Part shown: one piece after another, positions 41,301 to 50,600 of the stretch
How positions within the stretch are numbered: position 1 is the stretch's first letter
How the letters are laid out: the number at the start of each line of letters is the position of its first letter
Source of the DNA: Eledone cirrhosa
Taxonomy: Eukaryota
Length of the DNA stretch: 64,000 bases
Direction: 5' to 3'
NCBI GenBank assembly: GCA_964016885.1
Contig: OZ024741.1
Span: 27,962,001 to 28,026,000, forward strand
Notes under the pieces: generated by a model
What the model saw: the letters and a program-made list of their open reading frames with translations, nothing else
Databases searched by the model: none
Told to the model about the DNA's origin: nothing
Position numbers and translations under genes: made by a program

Positions 41301-43359
41301 CCGCTACATCTCTTGTGTACCCAGGACCTACATTGTGTGCATTTTATAGAATTTATGCCAGTTCCTTTTCTGCATATCGAACATGGCCATTTCCCTGACG
41401 GAATCAGGGTTTTGTCCTCTTTTCTACTCATCAACACTTTTGTCTTAGCTAGATTTACTCTCAGTCCTCTTGCTTCCAACTGCTGTTTCCATAGCCGGAA
41501 TTTATTCTCTAGCTCCTCTACTGATTCTGCCATAAGAGCCAGATCGTCAGCATAGAGAAGTTCCCATGGACAGCCAGTCTTAAACTCCTCTGTTATGGCT
41601 TGGAGGACTATAATGAACAAGAGCGGGCTGAGGACCGAACCCTGATGTACTCCTACTTGTATCTGGAATTCCTCACTAAACTCCATTCCTACCCTGACTT
41701 TACTGAGAGTACCTCTGTACAAAGTTTGCACTGTCCTTACAAGCCATTCCTCAACACCCAGCTTCCTTAGGGACCACCAGATGACAGATCGGGGTACCCT
41801 ATCAAAGGCCTTCTCTAGGTCAACAAAGGCTAAGTATAGTGGCTTATTCTTCTCTAAGAACCTCTCTTGCATTTGTCTCACCAAGAAGAGGGCATCTGTT
41901 GTACTCTTCCCAGGCACAAAACCAAACTGCATCTCATCTAGTTTGACCCTTTCTCTAATTAGTTGTGCTAGAATCCTTTCTGCCACTTTCATAACCTGAT
42001 CTATCAGTTTTATACCCCTATAATTGCTCCTCTCCAAAGCATCCCCTTTACCTTTGTAGCAATTTATGAGAATACTGCTGCACCAGTCTTTGGGTATGAC
42101 ACCACCATATATAGCCTGATTGATTATGCGTGCAACCAGTTTAGTGCCTACGTCCCCTGATGCCTTCAGCATCTCAGCAACTATTCCCGATGGTCCGGCC
42201 GCCTTACCATTTTTCATTTCCCTAATCGCCTCTTGGACCCTATATTCGTCAATCTCAATAGCTGGTCCCTCTGTCGGATCTACCAAGGGTAATTTCTCTC
42301 TCTCCCATTCGTTCTCCACATTCATCAGTCTCTCATAATGACATTTCCAGGCCTCCTTTTTCTGGTCATTCGTGACACTAAGTACACCGGCATCATCCCG
42401 GACACATTTATCACCAACAACATCCTGATTTGCATTGACACACTGCCTTGCAATGTGGAACACCGCACGCCTCTGATCTTCCCGTCGCAGAACATTGGCA
42501 AACCTCCTACTCTCTGCCTCCCTGCGTGCTAAGTACACCTGACGTCTAGCTTCTCTCTTAGTGGCTGTATATTCTTCCCTACTCCCACCCTTATTCCAAG
42601 CCTTCCATGCTAGTCTTTTGTCTCTAATAGCCTTATCTACACTGCTGTTCCACCACCAGGTCACTCTCTGTCTGGTTGGAGCTCTGCTCCAGCCACAGGT
42701 TTCATCAGTAGCCTTCAGCAAGTTGTCACGTAAGAACTTCCAGTTATTATCTATGTCATACGTCTCTAAATCGTCTTCTTTTTCGTCATATACATCTTGA
42801 AGGGCTTTCCTAAATTTGAATTTTAGTGAAAGGTCTTTTAGCTTCCAGACCTTTCTTCTCCACACCTTCCTATATGTCTCATTCCATCTCTTGCTTACTG
42901 AGATATCACTAACAACTAACCTATGCTGTGGGGTACATTCTTCCCCAGGGTATGCCTTGGTATTAGACACTATCTGCCTGTCCCGCTGCCTAACTAGCAG
43001 GAAGTCAATCTGGCTTATGTGCTCATATTATTATAATATTATAATAATATAATATTACCAATATTATAATATAATATCACCAATATTATAATATTATAAT
43101 TCACCAATTCTCCTCCTCTCTCCTACCCCTTACTGATACTAATCTTATAGTATGCACCCCAACTGAAGATTAATCTAATTAAACACAGAATAACTTGAAA
43201 AGGGATATTGATATTTAGGGAACTTAATTATTTAATTGATTTTGAAAGTAGAAAATATTTTCAATGTTCATCTTGTTGTTTTTCTCTTCCAGTTCTACTG
43301 CAGATGTTGCCATTACATCACTTGCAAGTGACATTCTCAAGATTGGTGGAGTTGCTTAA
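3223..43359 (+). CDS. ULK4: ULK4 (unc-51-like pseudokinase 4) orthologue, 3' part: 23 coding exons, ~905 aa, 5'-incomplete
   Basis: Manually spliced GT-AG exons give one continuous frame (2719 nt) ending at TAA 43357-43359. Peptides match recalled human ULK4 motifs in order: [90 protein letters not shown]. Confidence 0.95.
3793..3853 (+). CDS. ULK4: ULK4 exon ([20 protein letters not shown])
   Basis: ctccag/gtaagt; phase 0 to 1. Confidence 0.9.
4296..4521 (+). CDS. ULK4: ULK4 exon ([15 protein letters not shown])
   Basis: tttcag/gtaagt; phase 1 to 2. Confidence 0.9.
4851..8747. repeat. 48-bp minisatellite, ~80 copies
   Basis: Unit GGCTATATTGGTATTTCATGTGATATATATAATATACACTGTATAGTT repeated head to tail. 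Confidence 0.98.
8801..9017. mobile_element. piggyBac-type MITE
   Basis: TTAA on both sides; 14-bp perfect TIR CCCTTTAGCATTTA. Confidence 0.88.
9099..9177 (+). CDS. ULK4: ULK4 exon ([26 protein letters not shown])
   Basis: ttgtag/gtgagt; phase 2 to 0. Confidence 0.9.
9258..9400 (+). mobile_element. tRNA-derived SINE family B (other copies ~14731-14860 +, ~19090-19225 -, ~34340-34460 -)
   Basis: A-box tggctcagtggttag, B-box-like gagtttgattcc, shared body caagacactttatttcacattgctccag. Confidence 0.75.
9463..9795. repeat. Tandem duplication of a ~150-180 bp segment, each copy with a different-length (TA)n
   Basis: gtgtctatag(TA)n...gacatcagtattgtg occurs twice. Confidence 0.9.
10024..10131 (+). 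CDS. ULK4: ULK4 exon ([36 protein letters not shown])
   Basis: ttgcag/gttagt; strong ULK4 similarity. Confidence 0.93.
12864..12947 (+). CDS. ULK4: ULK4 exon ([28 protein letters not shown])
   Basis: ttttag/gtcagt; 84 nt, phase 0. Confidence 0.9.
13090..13400 (-). mobile_element. RTE-like LINE 3' fragment
   Basis: [12 protein letters not shown] motif. Confidence 0.7.
13515..13589 (+). CDS. ULK4: ULK4 exon ([25 protein letters not shown])
   Basis: tttcag/gtaagt; conserved motif. Confidence 0.93.
14250..14510 (+). mobile_element. Short RTE-related non-autonomous element with (TGA)n tail (similar copies ~29575-29790, ~30780-30960, ~39005-39190)
   Basis: Dispersed motif GGTGTTAGGAAGGGCATCCAGC plus 3' end acccatgctagc...ggacgtaaa resembling the RTE LINE 3' end. 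Confidence 0.7.
14525..14701 (-). mobile_element. tRNA-derived SINE family A, Nin-like core (other copies ~26570-26757, ~32543-32650, ~43480-43615, ~49775-49965, ~51290-51476, ~51490-51703)
   Basis: B-box gagttcaaatccc, core ctttgcctttcatccttacggggtcgataaaataaagtacc, (ATT)n tail. Confidence 0.82.
15735..15945 (-). mobile_element. 5'-truncated RTE LINE 3' end
   Basis: Near-identical to 40546-40760; (CAT)n tail. Confidence 0.88.
16052..16138 (+). CDS. ULK4: ULK4 exon ([29 protein letters not shown])
   Basis: tttcag/gtaaat; conserved EIG..LWYL motif. Confidence 0.92.
17335..17900. repeat. Compound (CA)n-CCAAACAGAATA minisatellite
   Basis: Repeated ccaaacagaata separated by variable CA runs. 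Confidence 0.92.
18147..18394 (+). mobile_element. SINE family A copy with TSD and internal inverted insertion
   Basis: attattatttttatgaa on both flanks; tRNA-like head; (ATT)n tail. Confidence 0.85.
18491..18673 (+). CDS. ULK4: ULK4 exon ([14 protein letters not shown])
   Basis: atttag/gtatct; 183 nt. Confidence 0.92.
18682..19422. mobile_element. TIR MITE with nested SINE/LINE pieces; related copies at ~44274-44665 (+) and ~44729-45080 (-)
   Basis: Imperfect TIR tactcttgggtctcgaataat / attattagtgacctaagagga; body shared with the 44-45 kb copies. Confidence 0.6.
20325..20452 (+). CDS. ULK4: ULK4 exon ([26 protein letters not shown])
   Basis: ttccag/gtaaga; phase 0 to 2. Confidence 0.92.
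20520..23365. repeat. 30-bp minisatellite, ~95 copies
   Basis: Unit GATGTAGAACACACTTCTAGTTTGACAGCT with 26/28/32-bp variants. Confidence 0.98.
23967..24103 (+). CDS. ULK4: ULK4 exon ([13 protein letters not shown])
   Basis: ttttag/gtatgt; phase 2 to 1. Confidence 0.9.
24242..24366 (+). CDS. ULK4: ULK4 exon ([19 protein letters not shown])
   Basis: ttacag/gtaagt; phase 1 to 0. Confidence 0.88.
24700..25190 (+). mobile_element. Degenerate RTE LINE endonuclease-region fragment
   Basis: [32 protein letters not shown] remnants. Confidence 0.72.
25486..25594 (+). CDS. ULK4: ULK4 exon ([16 protein letters not shown])
   Basis: ttgcag/gtaaga; TNID motif. Confidence 0.9.
25830..26175 (+). mobile_element. 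5'-truncated RTE LINE 3' end
   Basis: [18 protein letters not shown]; same 3' end and (TGA)n tail as other copies. Confidence 0.9.
26860..27290. repeat. 8/16-bp degenerate tandem repeat (GGAATACTGTAATATT)
   Basis: Direct inspection. Confidence 0.9.
27340..27486 (+). CDS. ULK4: ULK4 exon ([16 protein letters not shown])
   Basis: tggcag acceptor; weak gtacat donor that fits phase 1. Confidence 0.82.
27920..28250 (-). mobile_element. Second RTE-type (Rex3/Expander-like) 3' fragments; related copies ~2700-2810, ~37255-37620, ~48585-48890, ~57210-57370
   Basis: Shared ..SQLQYYG.VVRM.QE.. remnant and (GAA)n tail. Confidence 0.62.
28700..29360. repeat. (TCTG/TC)n low-complexity tract
   Basis: Direct inspection. 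Confidence 0.95.
29405..29540 (+). CDS. ULK4: ULK4 exon ([17 protein letters not shown])
   Basis: ttctag/gtatgt; phase 1 to 2. Confidence 0.85.
30261..30580. repeat. 47-bp tandem repeat, ~6 copies, derived from the RTE-related short element
   Basis: catgacaccaacactgccactttacagggtgtactgggtgtttttct. Confidence 0.9.
31494..31635 (+). CDS. ULK4: ULK4 exon ([23 protein letters not shown])
   Basis: tcgtag/gtaagt; conserved motif. Confidence 0.93.
32302..32890 (-). mobile_element. Possible Helitron-like non-autonomous element
   Basis: ACTAG plus GC hairpin at one end and tttattatat at the other; nested SINE. Confidence 0.4.
33213..33318 (+). CDS. ULK4: ULK4 exon ([17 protein letters not shown])
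   Basis: ttttag/gtgagt; phase 0 to 1. Confidence 0.92.
33505..34280. repeat. 45-bp minisatellite, ~17 copies
   Basis: TGAGCATATGTACCTGTAATGAATTCCTACTCCATTTCTACATAT. Confidence 0.97.
34547..34710 (+). CDS. ULK4: ULK4 exon ([16 protein letters not shown])
   Basis: gtttag/gtaagt; phase 1 to 0. Confidence 0.92.
35482..35586 (+). CDS. ULK4: ULK4 exon ([19 protein letters not shown])
   Basis: ttctag/gtagag; 105 nt. Confidence 0.9.
35650..35880. repeat. 15-bp tandem repeat (GAAGTTGCCTCTGTC), ~15 copies
   Basis: Direct inspection. Confidence 0.95.
36140..36520. repeat. 62-bp tandem repeat, ~6 copies
   Basis: ccatgacatggtatacaatatatcacaacagtgcccctatgactaagtcaggagataagggt. Confidence 0.92.
36576..36683 (+). 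CDS. ULK4: ULK4 exon ([26 protein letters not shown])
   Basis: cctag/gtaatt; conserved QL.GGE motif. Confidence 0.93.
36701..37127. mobile_element. piggyBac-type MITE (same family as 8801-9017) with expanded 44-bp internal repeat
   Basis: ttaa-CCCTTTAACATTTA ... TAAATGCTAAAGGG-tcaa; body matches 8801-9017. Confidence 0.85.
38005..38513. repeat. (CCTA)n microsatellite directly upstream of a ULK4 acceptor
   Basis: Direct inspection. Confidence 0.97.
38518..38592 (+). CDS. ULK4: ULK4 exon ([25 protein letters not shown])
   Basis: ctccag/gtaagt; 75 nt. Confidence 0.88.
39888..39976 (+). CDS. ULK4: ULK4 exon ([19 protein letters not shown])
   Basis: taacag/gtgagt; phase 0 to 2. Confidence 0.88.
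40546..43025 (-). mobile_element. Young 5'-truncated RTE-clade LINE; uninterrupted ORF 40577-42970 (end of APE + RT + PHD-like finger)
   Basis: [42 protein letters not shown]; stop codon abuts the (TGA)n tail. Confidence 0.96.
43293..43359 (+). CDS. ULK4: ULK4 terminal coding exon ([21 protein letters not shown])
   Basis: ttccag acceptor; resembles the ULK4 C-terminus (AD.A...LA..IL); TAA stop. Confidence 0.88.
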
Positions 43360-43405
43360 AGTTTGATGTAACCAGATGGAGTTACTGCTACTTTCTTTTT
43401 CTAAA

Positions 43406-43411
43406 AATAAA
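43406..43411 (+). promoter_or_regulatory. Candidate polyadenylation signal for ULK4
   Basis: AATAAA 47 nt after the stop; the region is AT-rich so chance occurrence is possible. Confidence 0.4.
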
Positions 43412-44214
43412 TATCATCACAATTATTTCACATCTGTTTTCCCTGCTACCAACATTAGGCCATTATCATGCAGCAAAAAGTTACAGCCCTTTATGGTCTG
43501 AGTTCAAATCCCGCTGAGGTTAACTTTGCATTTCATCTTTACGGGGTCGATAAAATAAAGTACCAGTAATACACTGGGATAATACTGGCCTTGTGCCAAA
43601 AGTAGAAACAATTATCATGAATATCATCATCATCATTTTAACGTCTGCTTTCCCTGTTAGCAAGGGTTGGATGGGCTTACATAGACCAAGTCAATACTGA
43701 AGCAGAGCTACTGATCTCCCAGACAGGCCAGAGATCTACATCTTGCTTATGTAAGGTCTTGTGTTCTACTGAGTGCACAGGAGAGGTTGTCATGTCTTTG
43801 ACACAACTGAAGGGTCCTCCCAACCCTTGTTTGGCAAGTTTTCTATGGCTGGATTCTGCTCCTATCACCAACCAAGCATGTACTGAGTGCCTTTGACTTG
43901 TAGATCTCCAACACTAGGGAGGCCATCATGTCCTTGATACAGCACACATATACTTCTCTCCTCTGTAACATCTCCACAATCTCACTGCATTTACCTTTCA
44001 TTGTTTCAACATTTAATGTGGTAAATCTGAGCTCTGGATGGGAAAGGAGTTACATGGCTGTCTTCCTCTTTTTATACGAATGTTGGGTTTTTCCATGTTT
44101 TGTATTGTACTATTTGTCAATCAGATGTTTGTAGTTATCATCAGTACCAGTGTCAGCAGTAGCCACAACCCTTTACTAAATCCATTCTGCCTTACTAATG
44201 TTTCCTGTACAATA

Positions 44215-44256
<42 letters not shown>

Positions 44257-45477
44257 TATAGTGGAAAAGTGTTTGCGTTATAAAATAGATAGGATGGGTT
44301 GGGGTCTCAATATGTAAACTAAATGACTAATTCTGGTTTAAAAAAAAATCAATGGAGACAACCTAGAAAAATTACCGCTTATTCCTACCCCCTCGTTTAT
44401 TCCACACCCTGTTAATTTCTACTCCCTTGTTTATCCGCCCCTCTGTTTATTCCCCCCCCTCTGTTTATTCCACACCCTGTTTATTCCACCACCCTGTTTA
44501 TCCCCCCCCTGTTTATTCCCCCTCCCTGTTTATTCCACACTGTTTATTCCACCCCCTGTTTATCCCACCCCTTGTTTATTCTACCCCCCCCCCCCCCTGT
44601 TTATTCCAACCCCTTTGCTTGTCCCCCTGTTTAGCCCCCCCTGTTTACCTTCCTCCCTGCTTATCCTACAACAGCTACTGCAAACTTAATGTATATAAAA
44701 ACAATCAAACTTGTAAATTATTTTATTTACTCTCTGGTTCCAAATAATTGGGTGGTGGTGGTGGAATAAGTGGGTGGGGTGGGGTGGTGGTGGAATAAGT
44801 GGGGTGGGGTGGAATAAGTGGTTGTAAAATCGGAGATTTTTCTAGGTTGTCTCTGTTGATTGTTTAAAAACCAGAATCAGTCGTATATTTTTAATTATTC
44901 AGACCCAACCCATCCTATTTATTTTATAACGTATGAGATTTCTATTAATGTACTTATGTTGTCATGTATAATGTTTTTTAATATATAAACAAAATTTTCA
45001 CAGGAATGCCACCACTTAAAATAAAATTTCGCCAGAGATAACTTAGCAAAATTTAATAAGCTGGGTGGGGGGAGAGGCGGTTGAAAAATCTGAAAAATTA
45101 CCTGAAACTACACAATTATTTACTTTTATTTACTTTCAAAATACCTTTCGTTTATTTCAACTTTACTCATTCATGTCTAGTATGTAGTATGGTTCAAGGG
45201 AGGTAAATCAACATTTTTCAGTATTAACTACGAGCATGACATGGTTCAAGGGAGGTAATTCAACATTTTTTCAGAATTAACTATCACAACCTAGTAGACA
45301 AATCTTTATCAATGTTTTTTCCTCGTTCGCGGTGAGATGGTGTTAGTTGAGGGATATTTCAACGTTGTTTCTAGCAGATTGATGGAACACACAGATACCT
45401 CCTCTTTGAAATATGTGTGTGTGAGTGTGTGTGTATCTACAGCATCACAGTTTATCTAGCTAGATATTACACACCAA

Positions 45478-45518
<41 letters not shown>

Positions 45519-45602
45519 AAAGTTATATTTAAATTGTTGGGTTACAACTAGTAAATATTTATAACTGATATAAAAGCACTCAACAAGTATTTGGAGTATA
45601 TT

Positions 45603-47626
45603 TACGATATTAAATAAATGGAAACTATATTTATAAAACCATATTTATTTCATTATATATATTTCAGGGATATCATATTAAGGGATATCATGCTATGCCT
45701 TCCTCAGACAAAATACAATATAGACAGTTTTATAGATAAATAGATTTGACATACCGTTCAACATCGACTTGTATTTGAAAAGTTGATTTGGCAGTGAAAA
45801 AAATTGTAAACAGAAAGAAAAAAGAGAGAAAGAAGGAAAGAAAGAAAAGAAAGAAAAGAAAGAAAGAAAAAGAAGAAAAAGAAGAAATGCATGTAACAAA
45901 ATAGAGAGATGGAAAGATAGATAAAGAGAAGAACTTCATGTAAAGAAACAGAGAGAGATATATATAGAGAGAGGAAATAGATAGAGATAGATATATATAG
46001 AGAAAAGTGGGTAGTTGGACATCCGTTGAATAAACGTATCAATGATACATTTATTTATTTATTTATTTATTTATTTAGCTCTAGTATTAATGTAAGGGAG
46101 ATATATGTGGTTAGGAGAGAAACCAGCTGTTATATAGAGAGAAAAAAATGAAAAGTAACCAGACATAGGCGAGGCATAAAAACCCTATGTTTTAATGTAG
46201 AAGTATTAGTATGTATAAAAACCAGGCACTATAATGTAAATATCAGTATTCCTGAATGAGACACGTATCCATAATGTGTGAAAAGTAATGATCTTATGTT
46301 TAGTTTTAAAAATTCATATGTTTATATGATAACTACAAACATCGTTACACTAGATAAACTTCTATATTAAATATAAGAACACATGTAGACCAAATGGGCA
46401 TCCTAAACTTTTTGAAATGTTTTTTGCTAGACGCGATTTGATAAATAATTTTTAGCTTTATCTGTTTTCGACTCTGATGCTTATAATGAACTTGGCAATA
46501 TATTGTCAATTAATTTCGAAGGGTTGATCTTTGTGGTTTATTTTTATTATTGTAGTATTTTCTAATATTTTTATTTTTAATATGTAATATTTTTTCGTAA
46601 TATTTTTTAGTTTTCTATTTTATTATTATTTATTATTATTATTGTTATTATTATTTTTTTGTTTCTGATATTTTTATTAATATATTGAAATCTGTTCTCT
46701 ATTTCTGCTTGATAGATAATCATGTGGAGTAAAAGACAAGAATAGTATTGTTAAAATTAATATAGACTCTATATATATGTGTATATATATACACATATAT
46801 GTATACTTAAATTTTTATAGCACATTGAGAATGTTCTCCATGGAAAATTGTGATTTGCAGAGTTGTTCACGTAAATTCACATCGATGTTTCTAGTTATCA
46901 TATAAACATATGAATTTTTAAAACTAAACATAAGATCATTACTTTTCACACATTATGGATACGTGTCTCATTCAGGAATACTGATATTTACATTATAGTG
47001 CCTGGTTTTTATACATACTAATACTTCTACATTAAAACATAGGGTTTTTATGCCTCGCCTATGTCTGGTTACTTTTCATTTTTTTCTCTCTATATAACAG
47101 CTGGTTTCTCTCCTAACCACATATATCTCCCTTACATTAATACTAGAGCTAAATAAATAAATAAATAAATAAATAAATGTATCATTGATACGTTTATTCA
47201 ACGGATGTCCAACTACCCACTTTTCTCTATATATATCTATCTCTATCTATTTCCTCTCTCTATATATATCTCTCTCTGTTTCTTTACATGAAGTTCTTCT
47301 CTTTATCTATCTTTCCATCTATTTTGTTACATGCATTTCTTCTTTTTTTTCTTTTTCTTCGTTTTCTTTCTTTCTTTTCTTTCTTTTCTTTCTTTCCTTC
47401 TTTCTCTCTTTTTTCTTTCTGTTTACAATTTTTTTCACTGCCAAATCAACTTTTCAAATACAAGTCGATGTTGAACGGTATGTCAAATCTATTTATCTAT
47501 AAAACTGTCTATATTGTATTTTGTCTGAGGAAGGCATAGCATGATACCCCTTAATATGATATCCCTGAAATATATATAATGAAATAAATATGGTTTTATA
47601 AATATAGTTTCCATTTATTTAATATC

Positions 47627-47629
<3 letters not shown>
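45603..47629. repeat. Long inverted repeat: arms ~45603-46344 and ~46883-47629, 538-bp spacer
   Basis: Arms are reverse complements; mirrored ORFs 45758..46042(-) and 47185..47502(+) start identically. Confidence 0.95.
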
Positions 47630-47694
<65 letters not shown>

Positions 47695-47744
47695 TCTCGG
47701 GTCTCGAATAATCGACCTCCGCCCACCGCTCATTAATTTTCCAG

Positions 47745-48300
47745 TGCTGCACTTGCATCAACGGACGGCGACCGTTCGTTCTTTCCCTCCACCCTTCTGC
47801 TACGTGTAACTCCGCAGTGAGTGCTCCGCTTGCATAGGTGGTGACCGATTGTTCTCGACGTCCTTCTGCTATGCGTACACTGCCAGTGGACAGTGCTGTG
47901 CTCGCATCGGCGTCGACCGTTTGCTCTCTCTCCACCCTTCTGCTGCACGTAAGGCCACAAGCAGTGTTGCGCTTGCATCGACGGCTACCGTCCGTTCTCT
48001 CCGTCCTACAGCCACGCGTATCACTGCGGATAGCTTTACGATAGAATGGCCAGCGTCATTTCGTTAGCACCGTCTTTCTGATACATATACAACTGTGGGT
48101 TTTACTGCGCTTGCATCGGTGTCGTTTGTTCGTTCTTTCCATCCCTTTACTGTGTGCACTGCCTATGTGTACTTGCCGCTTGCATCGGCGGGAACCGTTG
48201 GTTATTTCCGCCCTTCAGTGAGCAAGGTACGGTTGCATTGTCAGCGATCGTTTTCTCTCTCCACCGTTCTGCTATGCGTAGCTCCGTGGACAGTGCTTTG
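47745..48300. repeat. CpG-rich degenerate ~70-bp tandem array (~7-8 units)
   Basis: Recurring GCTTGCATCG...CCGTT..TTCT..CC.TTCTGCT motif. Confidence 0.7.
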
Positions 48301-50139
48301 TTATTGTATTTAAAGCGATGGATATTGGAGTTCAATCGACTGTTAGGTTTTAGAGACTTCTCCATAAATATAACGTGAACGGGGCAACAGATTGGTAGTT
48401 AAAATATGTTAGAAACAACAGCCAAATTTCGCTGAAATTCATCCTACCGTCAGAGAAATGAAACACAAAGTACACTGTCTGAAGAAAATAAACTTCGATT
48501 TTACCTGTTGATGTGTCATTGATCACAGGACTGGACAACTAAACCATAAGTTCAATGTTCTGATGTGGAACTGTACTGGTTAGATTCTTCTTCTTGGCAT
48601 GGTGTGGAGGCGGAGTCATCAGACACACCTTCCAGAGGGTCCTATCAGAAGCAACCGTCACCAAATGATCTAATTGGAACCACCAATCATGGATGCCATC
48701 CAACCATTTTGCTCATAGTCTGTCTTTGCTCCTAAAATATGTCTATTCTTTCCTTATACATTTTAAACACATGTCCGTAGTTCCAGATTTGGGATCTATC
48801 GATTCAGAGAAGTAGCTGATCCACATTGAGTGACTCTCTGATCTCCGAGCTACGAACCCTATCAAGTAACGTTACTCCAAAGACTTGTAAATCTACATTT
48901 ATAAATCACTGAAACAAATAATTTATTTCACCAAAGACGCACACATACATTACAAGCAAATGACTTACATGGAGGTTACGAGCAAGATGAGATCTCTCTA
49001 ACGTATCTTACTTTTGACAGGGACAAACCATTCAGCTCTTGCTAACATGGAAAGAGGGCGTGAAATAATGTTAAGAAATATTTGTGTATTGTGAGGCACA
49101 GAGATTGTTTCAGTGTCACCTGGATTTAAAATATTATCTTAATCATCCAGTTCTGAGTACTAAACGTAATATGTTAATGTGTATTAAAAGAGTAAAACCA
49201 TCTTAATAAAAAATATTATATTGGTGTGTGTAACATAAACTGTGGTATTGTACTCTCTGGTATCGAATAATATATATATATATGTATATAAAATATGTGT
49301 GTGTGTGTGTTTATTTATGTCCCGTAATCTAACGGTTTGAGAAATAGGATCGATTAAATAAGTATTGGGGGTTTATATGGTAGACTGAAACTCTTCCAGT
49401 GCCCCAGCATGGCAGCAATCGAATATCTGAAACCAGTAAAAGGAGAATAGAATAATAAAATAAGTGTCACGTGAGACGTGCTTTTAATCGCTCCATGTCC
49501 TCTTAACAAGCTCTCTAATGCGTAACTGTGGTTATACGAAACAAAACCCGAACGGATTCCAATATATAGGAACAATAGAGGTAACTACCAACAATGTTAC
49601 TTCAACCATTCTTCGTCACACTGATATGTTGAGAAGAAGGGTACCACTACTTTGTAAAAACTATTCGGAACTTAAAGAAAACCTCACTGATTATGATATT
49701 AAATGTATTTTATACACAGTTGTATAAACAACATTACAAATTGTTCACAATTCTTTCAAAATGAAAATATATAATAAATTGTTTCTACTTTTGGTACAAG
49801 GCCAGCAATTACCCAGAGCATTACTGGTACTTTATTTTATCGACCCCGTAAGGATGAAAGGCAAAGTTAACTTCGACGGGATTTGAATTCAGACCGTAAA
49901 TGGACGTAACTATGCTAGAAAGCATGGCGTCCAACCCTCTACCGATACTGCCAATTCACCGCCCTATATAAACAGATATAATAATACAATTAACTATTAC
50001 TAGGAACCTTACAGACCAAAATATATGATTAGAGCGAGAGAAAGAAAAAAAGAAGGGGGTGGGGATACAAAAACTTCCATCAATTCACCACCAAGTGCGA
50101 CAATCATCAGCACACAACAAGGGTCAACGAAAATTTTTG

Positions 50140-50600
50140 AGGTAAGCCAACAATCTTGCAGCATTACCGCAGGTGAAACAACCAGGCACCCTCACGGCTA
50201 ACATTTGACACCTCCGTAAGGGAAGCCCCCAAAGATGACAAGAATGTTGCTGTCAGCCGCCCAGCTCCACCAAATTTCTGAAATGCCACAGACTAGAAAA
50301 AATAGTTTATCGATAATTCCAGGTATTTTAGGATTTTATTCCGTTCGGCAACGGAAGCGGTGACCCTCTTTTACCGCAGCATCCATGATGCAGGAAGGAG
50401 CAAAAGTGTCACTGACTGTGGCATCCCAGATGAGACATCTGCCTCTTACCTAGGAACAAAGGGTAAGACCGTCTGGTTTCTTCCCATCAATTCTGGATAA
50501 TCTAGCTGGCCCCAGAATTGGGGGTATATTTACCCGAGTTAAGGCCTAGCTTCAATAAAATCGATTACAACGCAATCAAATTTGAGGCCGTGTGCTAAAT
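50140..50600 (-). mobile_element. Degenerate CRE-like non-LTR retrotransposon, REL endonuclease region
   Basis: Minus-strand translation DGKKPDGLTL...GRCLIWDATVSDTFAPS and RGNAA. Confidence 0.72.

Noticed and set aside
40605-43052. Plus-strand ORFs over the LINE
   Set aside because: Antisense shadows of the RT ORF.
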